From positions 108,250 to 128,249 of the IMG/VR virus record IMGVR_UViG_3300032167_007852: a stretch of 20,000 bases of DNA; one strand, given 5' to 3'. A program made the translations under genes and the position numbers. This stretch comes from an uncultured virus (IMG/VR IMGVR_UViG_3300032167_007852) (taxonomy: Duplodnaviria > Heunggongvirae > Uroviricota > Caudoviricetes). The notes under the pieces are model-generated. The model was not told the origin of the DNA. It saw only the letters and a program-made list of their open reading frames with translations, and searched no databases. This document shows positions 16,640 through 20,000 of this stretch, one piece after another. Position 1 is the stretch's first letter, and each line of letters opens with the position of its first letter.

Positions 16640-16924
16640 ATGAGAATAGTTGTAATGGATAGAAAAAGAAATGAAGTAATAAGAGTCAATATTGATTTAA
16701 ATGACAAAGTGTTCATAGTGGCACCTGAAATTGTTAATCATAAATTCGATTATTTAAGACAAAGATTAATGGATATACGTAAAGTTTATATGATCCAGTA
16801 TTTAGAAGATAAAGAAAACTATGTGTATTATGAAGGACAGATATACAAAGAAATGAAAGAACTATTATTAGAAGAAATGCATAATATATACACAACAGAG
16901 GGAATTATGTATTACACAAGATAA
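16640..16924 (+). CDS. Hypothetical protein, 94 aa
   Basis: RBS AGGAGG. Confidence 0.8.
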   Translation: MRIVVMDRKRNEVIRVNIDLNDKVFIVAPEIVNHKFDYLRQRLMDIRKVYMIQYLEDKENYVYYEGQIYKEMKELLLEEMHNIYTTEGIMYYTR

Positions 16925-16964
16925 TAATATTACAGAGGGATAAACGAAAGGGAGTAAATAACTT

Positions 16965-17186
16965 ATGAAACAAGAACAATCAGGAACTAAAGATGAAATA
17001 GCATTTTCAATAATAACAGAAAAATTCAATAATGAATATACAGAACTATATGATGCATTATATTATTATATGGAAACCCATATAAAAGGATATACAATGG
17101 ATAGAGAATTATTTAGAGACGAAGTAGAAAATTATTTAGACATAAGATCTCATTCAGATATTGTAAATTATATATTAAAATTATGA
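16965..17186 (+). CDS. Hypothetical protein, 73 aa
   Basis: RBS AGGGAG. Confidence 0.75.
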   Translation: MKQEQSGTKDEIAFSIITEKFNNEYTELYDALYYYMETHIKGYTMDRELFRDEVENYLDIRSHSDIVNYILKL

Positions 17187-17198
17187 AGGAGGTGAAAG

Positions 17199-17885
17199 GT
17201 GATACTATCATTAGATAGTATCACCACTTTTATGTTCTTAAATTATAGTACAGGGAAAAACTATTTAGTAGGGAAAGTTAAAGCTAATGGAACTAATATA
17301 ATGTTATATGGACATGTTAGTGAAAGATATCCTGAAAGATTAGGACGTGTACAAGAAGTTACAAAAGCAAAATGCTTAAAGTATAATAACTTATTAAACA
17401 AAGCTATCAAGATAACTGAAGATCATTATAAAGAATGTATAAACCCAACAGATAAAAAAGTTAGACACGTAATACGTGATGAAGTTCATTTTGAATGTGA
17501 AGATGGAAAACATTTTGTAATAGATTTAACAATGTTAGTTACAGGAACTGTAGTTGGATTTGATCCTAATCATCCTAAAGTTGTAGAGCCTCAATATAAA
17601 GATTTAGTTAATAAAAGAATAATAAAAGTAAATGACAAGATATTAACTTTCGAGACTCTAGCAACTACAATAAGATTTGAAAATGAAAAATTAGAAAACT
17701 TTAGCTATCAACCAACTGTAGCATATTTTGGATTACCTCAAAGAGTATATAAAGCAACTAAAGCAGATATGTTATATATGACAGAACACATGGTAAAAGA
17801 TAAAGATACAAAGATAAGTAAAAATGTAATGAAAGTTTTAAACGCATATAATAATGATTTAAAAAGACAAGCTGTATTAGCTTAG
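17199..17885 (+). CDS. Hypothetical protein, 228 aa (GTG start)
   Basis: RBS AGGAGGTG; long ORF. Confidence 0.8.
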   Translation: MILSLDSITTFMFLNYSTGKNYLVGKVKANGTNIMLYGHVSERYPERLGRVQEVTKAKCLKYNNLLNKAIKITEDHYKECINPTDKKVRHVIRDEVHFECEDGKHFVIDLTMLVTGTVVGFDPNHPKVVEPQYKDLVNKRIIKVNDKILTFETLATTIRFENEKLENFSYQPTVAYFGLPQRVYKATKADMLYMTEHMVKDKDTKISKNVMKVLNAYNNDLKRQAVLA

Positions 17886-17893
17886 TTTATATG

Positions 17894-17928
17894 ATCCTAT
17901 GAATTATGATAAGTGTAATTCATAGGAT
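17894..17928 (+). terminator. 13-bp stem-loop overlapping a TATATGATCC motif and the upstream part of a promoter
   Basis: ATCCTATGAATTA-tgataagtg-TAATTCATAGGAT, just after the stop of 17199..17885. The U-tail is short. Confidence 0.55.
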
Positions 17929-17953
17929 TTCAGTACCATATTATAACAGTGAA
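17912..17953 (+). promoter_or_regulatory. Putative early promoter, copy 5
   Basis: AGTGTAA-ttcatagg-ATTTC-agtac-CATATTATA-aca-GTGAA. Confidence 0.8.
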
Positions 17954-17988
17954 ATATAATAAAAAATAATTTAAAAGGAGTGTTGTTT

Positions 17989-18126
17989 ATGTTAGGATTA
18001 TGGTTATTAGTATTTGCTTTAATATTAGCTGCAATGAAAGTTAATGCAGAAGTAATATTAGCTTTAGTAATATTAGCAATAATAATAAAAGATATATATG
18101 TATTATTCCATTATAAAAAGAAATAA
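17989..18126 (+). CDS. Small two-TM membrane protein, 45 aa (not in ORF track)
   Basis: RBS AAGGAG; MLGLWLLVFALILAAMKVNAEVILALVILAIIIKDIYVLFHYKKK*. Confidence 0.8.
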   Translation: MLGLWLLVFALILAAMKVNAEVILALVILAIIIKDIYVLFHYKKK

Positions 18127-18129
18127 GTA

Positions 18130-18233
18130 ATAAAAGAGTTCTAAAGAGGCATCTCTCTAAAAGCCTCTTTCCAATAGGATTTATATGATCCTAAATAAAA
18201 TAAATAAGAGGGAGAATGATATTTATGATGAAT
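18130..18233 (+). repeat. ~103-bp direct repeat, copy A (hairpin + TATATGATCC + RBS + start codons)
   Basis: Identical to 18445-18546 except a 2-nt CT indel and one G/A substitution. Confidence 0.95.
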
Positions 18234-18443
18234 ATAACTGCTAAATTAACAAGTAAAAGTGCTGAGAAAATTGCTGTAACAACAATAAAAAGTGTAAGTA
18301 AAGTTGCAACTAAAGTAGTAGAAGGTGGAGTGTTAACAAATCCAGCAACATTAACTGCAGCAGTAGCAGTAACAGGAATATATGCAACTTATAAGTATTT
18401 AGACAATAAAGATAAAAGAAGATATGAGAATAAAGCATATTAA
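18225..18443 (+). CDS. Small basic protein with a hydrophobic segment, ~72 aa
   Basis: RBS GAGGGAG; hydrophobic stretch LTAAVAVTGIYATY. Enclosed by the direct repeats. Confidence 0.75.
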   Translation: MMNITAKLTSKSAEKIAVTTIKSVSKVATKVVEGGVLTNPATLTAAVAVTGIYATYKYLDNKDKRRYENKAY

Positions 18444-18444
18444 T

Positions 18445-18546
18445 ATAAAAGAGTTCTAAAGAGGCATCTCTAAAAGCCTCTTTCCAATAGGATTTATATG
18501 ATCCTAAATAAAATAAATAAAAGGGAGAATGATATTTATGATGAAT
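18445..18546 (+). repeat. ~103-bp direct repeat, copy B
   Basis: See copy A (18130-18233). Confidence 0.95.
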
Positions 18547-18879
18547 TATGATGATATGAGAAATATAATGAGAGCTGTAGAATTAGAAAACTATTTTATA
18601 AAAGTTGATGCAGAAGTAGACAAAGCATTAGTAACAAACGACAACTTTATGAATATAACAGATGCAATATTAGAAATAGAAAACAGATGTAGAAATATAG
18701 AAGATGCAAAAGCAATGAGAAGAAGATGTGACAAATTAACTAATTTAATAAAAGTAATGAATAATATAGAAACAGAAGCAATAAAAATAAAAGATCATGA
18801 ACTAATGTGGAAATGTGAAGCAAGAAAAGGAAAAATGATAATGCAAATGCAAGTAATGCAAGACAAATATGATTTCTAA
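18538..18879 (+). CDS. Helical hypothetical protein, paralogue of 18936..19217
   Basis: RBS AAGGGAG; shares the LT.L...IE.EA.K..D.E...CE...K...KY.F C-terminus. Confidence 0.8.
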   Translation: MMNYDDMRNIMRAVELENYFIKVDAEVDKALVTNDNFMNITDAILEIENRCRNIEDAKAMRRRCDKLTNLIKVMNNIETEAIKIKDHELMWKCEARKGKMIMQMQVMQDKYDF

Positions 18880-18935
18880 AAATATATATCATAATTCAAA
18901 ATAAAAAAATATAATATATAAGGAGAGATGGATAT

Positions 18936-19217
18936 ATGATGAATTTAAATTATGAAATAAAATGTGTAGAAAGAGAAGTTATGTTAGCAATGTTTACAGA
19001 TGAAATGTATTTAAAACATACAGAAGCAACAGATGAAAAAGTAATTAAAATAATGAACGAAAGAATGGTATTATTAACAAAATTAGATACAAAAGTTGCA
19101 GATATAGAAATGGAAGCATTCAAAGTAAATGACAAAGAAGCTGTAAATAGATGTGAAAGAATAAGATATAAAATAGCAGATGAATTAAGAGCAATAAGAG
19201 TTAAGTATAATTTCTAA
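18936..19217 (+). CDS. Helical hypothetical protein, paralogue of 18538..18879
   Basis: RBS AAGGAG; shared C-terminal pattern. Confidence 0.8.
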   Translation: MMNLNYEIKCVEREVMLAMFTDEMYLKHTEATDEKVIKIMNERMVLLTKLDTKVADIEMEAFKVNDKEAVNRCERIRYKIADELRAIRVKYNF

Positions 19218-19316
19218 TCTTTATATGATCCAAGCATAAGATAAGAAGTATCCTTTACAAAAGATAAATGTTATGTGGGAGTAAATAAAATTTATATTAT
19301 AAAGGAGAAAAATATT

Positions 19317-19517
19317 ATGTATGCTTTATTAAACGTTAAAAATAATAAATTCTTTAGAGGAGAAAATAAATACGGAAACTGTTATGAAGTAGATTTATTT
19401 ATAGAAGCTCATACATTCAATGACATAAAAGATGCTTATTATAGAAATAACTTATTGAAAGAAGAATATAGAATAGTTACAATAGATGAAGCAAAAGAAA
19501 TGAATAAATTATATTAA
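19317..19517 (+). CDS. Hypothetical protein, 66 aa
   Basis: RBS AAGGAG before the ATG at 19317. Confidence 0.75.
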   Translation: MYALLNVKNNKFFRGENKYGNCYEVDLFIEAHTFNDIKDAYYRNNLLKEEYRIVTIDEAKEMNKLY

Positions 19518-19530
19518 GGAGGAATAAATT

Positions 19531-19659
19531 ATGGAAATGATATTAACTATAGCCCTAATAGCATTAGGGATTTATGTAATTAAAACATCTATAGGTGCAA
19601 TATTCAAAATAGGAATATGTTTAGCAATAATAGCAATGATATTAAATATGTTAGGGTAG
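19531..19659 (+). CDS. Small two-TM membrane protein, 42 aa (not in ORF track)
   Basis: RBS AGGAGG; MEMILTIALIALGIYVIKTSIGAIFKIGICLAIIAMILNMLG*. Confidence 0.8.
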   Translation: MEMILTIALIALGIYVIKTSIGAIFKIGICLAIIAMILNMLG

Positions 19660-19668
19660 GTGATTTTA

Positions 19669-19779
19669 ATGAAAGGTAAAGTTATTTATCTTGATAAATA
19701 TAGGGAAGAAAAAAATAAAGATATAATTTATAGATTTAAAAAATTCATTAAGAAGATATGGGGAGTGATAAATATATGA
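19669..19779 (+). CDS. Small basic peptide, 36 aa (not in ORF track)
   Basis: RBS AGGTGA; MKGKVIYLDKYREEKNKDIIYRFKKFIKKIWGVINI*; ATGA overlap with the next gene. Confidence 0.6.
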   Translation: MKGKVIYLDKYREEKNKDIIYRFKKFIKKIWGVINI

Positions 19780-20000
19780 AAATATTTATATTACAAAATG
19801 CTAATTACGAAGAAGGATTTAGCTTATATTCAAAACAAACTATATTAGCAGAATCTGTTGATCAAGCAATAGAGATAGCTAATAATGAAGAAGAAACTAA
19901 TTGGATATTATGGGAAGAAATAGATATGACAAAACCAAGAATCATATCACAAGACGATGTTGAATATCTAAGTTATGGATATGAAGACTGGGACGATTAG
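19776..20000 (+). CDS. Acidic hypothetical protein, 74 aa
   Basis: RBS GGGAGTG before the ATG at 19776; stop TAG at the window end. Confidence 0.75.
   Translation: MKIFILQNANYEEGFSLYSKQTILAESVDQAIEIANNEEETNWILWEEIDMTKPRIISQDDVEYLSYGYEDWDD

Larger units (their letters stand above)
15599..19231 (+). repeat. Dispersed motif (TT)TATATGATCC, 7 copies, all on the + strand
   Basis: Exact 10-mer at 15599, 16531, 16787, 17888, 18182, 18495 and 19222. Confidence 0.9.

Noticed and set aside
18130..18546. Direct repeats as a CRISPR mini-array or IS ends
   Set aside because: The repeats are ~103 bp, contain an RBS and start codon, and enclose a ~210-bp coding segment. No cas, transposase or integrase gene is in the window.
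18950..19135. - strand ORF, 61 aa
   Set aside because: Antisense shadow of 18936..19217.

Overview
AT-rich, gene-dense segment of a large lytic phage genome, probably infecting a Firmicute (strong GGAGG-type RBSs). Its promoter motifs and protein families point to a phiKZ/AR9-like jumbo phage (inference). Left to right: a truncated ORF and a Tad2/DUF2829-like gene; two tandem paralogous two-gene virion modules (coiled-coil fibre + Cys-patterned Big_2 Ig-repeat protein); a degenerate ThyX-like protein, a zinc-ribbon mini-protein and thymidylate kinase; an exported Amidase_3, a DUF4230-like protein and a small membrane protein; a ~240-bp ORF-free, highly structured element (13679-13931); two probable head proteins. 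A strand switch at ~15.5 kb leads into an early-type region (ClpP-like protease plus many small genes). Three recurring non-coding signals are visible: a 5-copy early-type promoter (TGTAA-N8/9-ATTTC-N5-YATATTATA-N3-RTGA), a 3-copy late-type promoter (AACAATC-N2-ATAA), and an unexplained strand-polar motif TATATGATCC (7 copies in 3.6 kb), two copies of which lie in a ~103-bp direct repeat flanking one small gene. All family calls are from motif recognition by eye; no searches were run.
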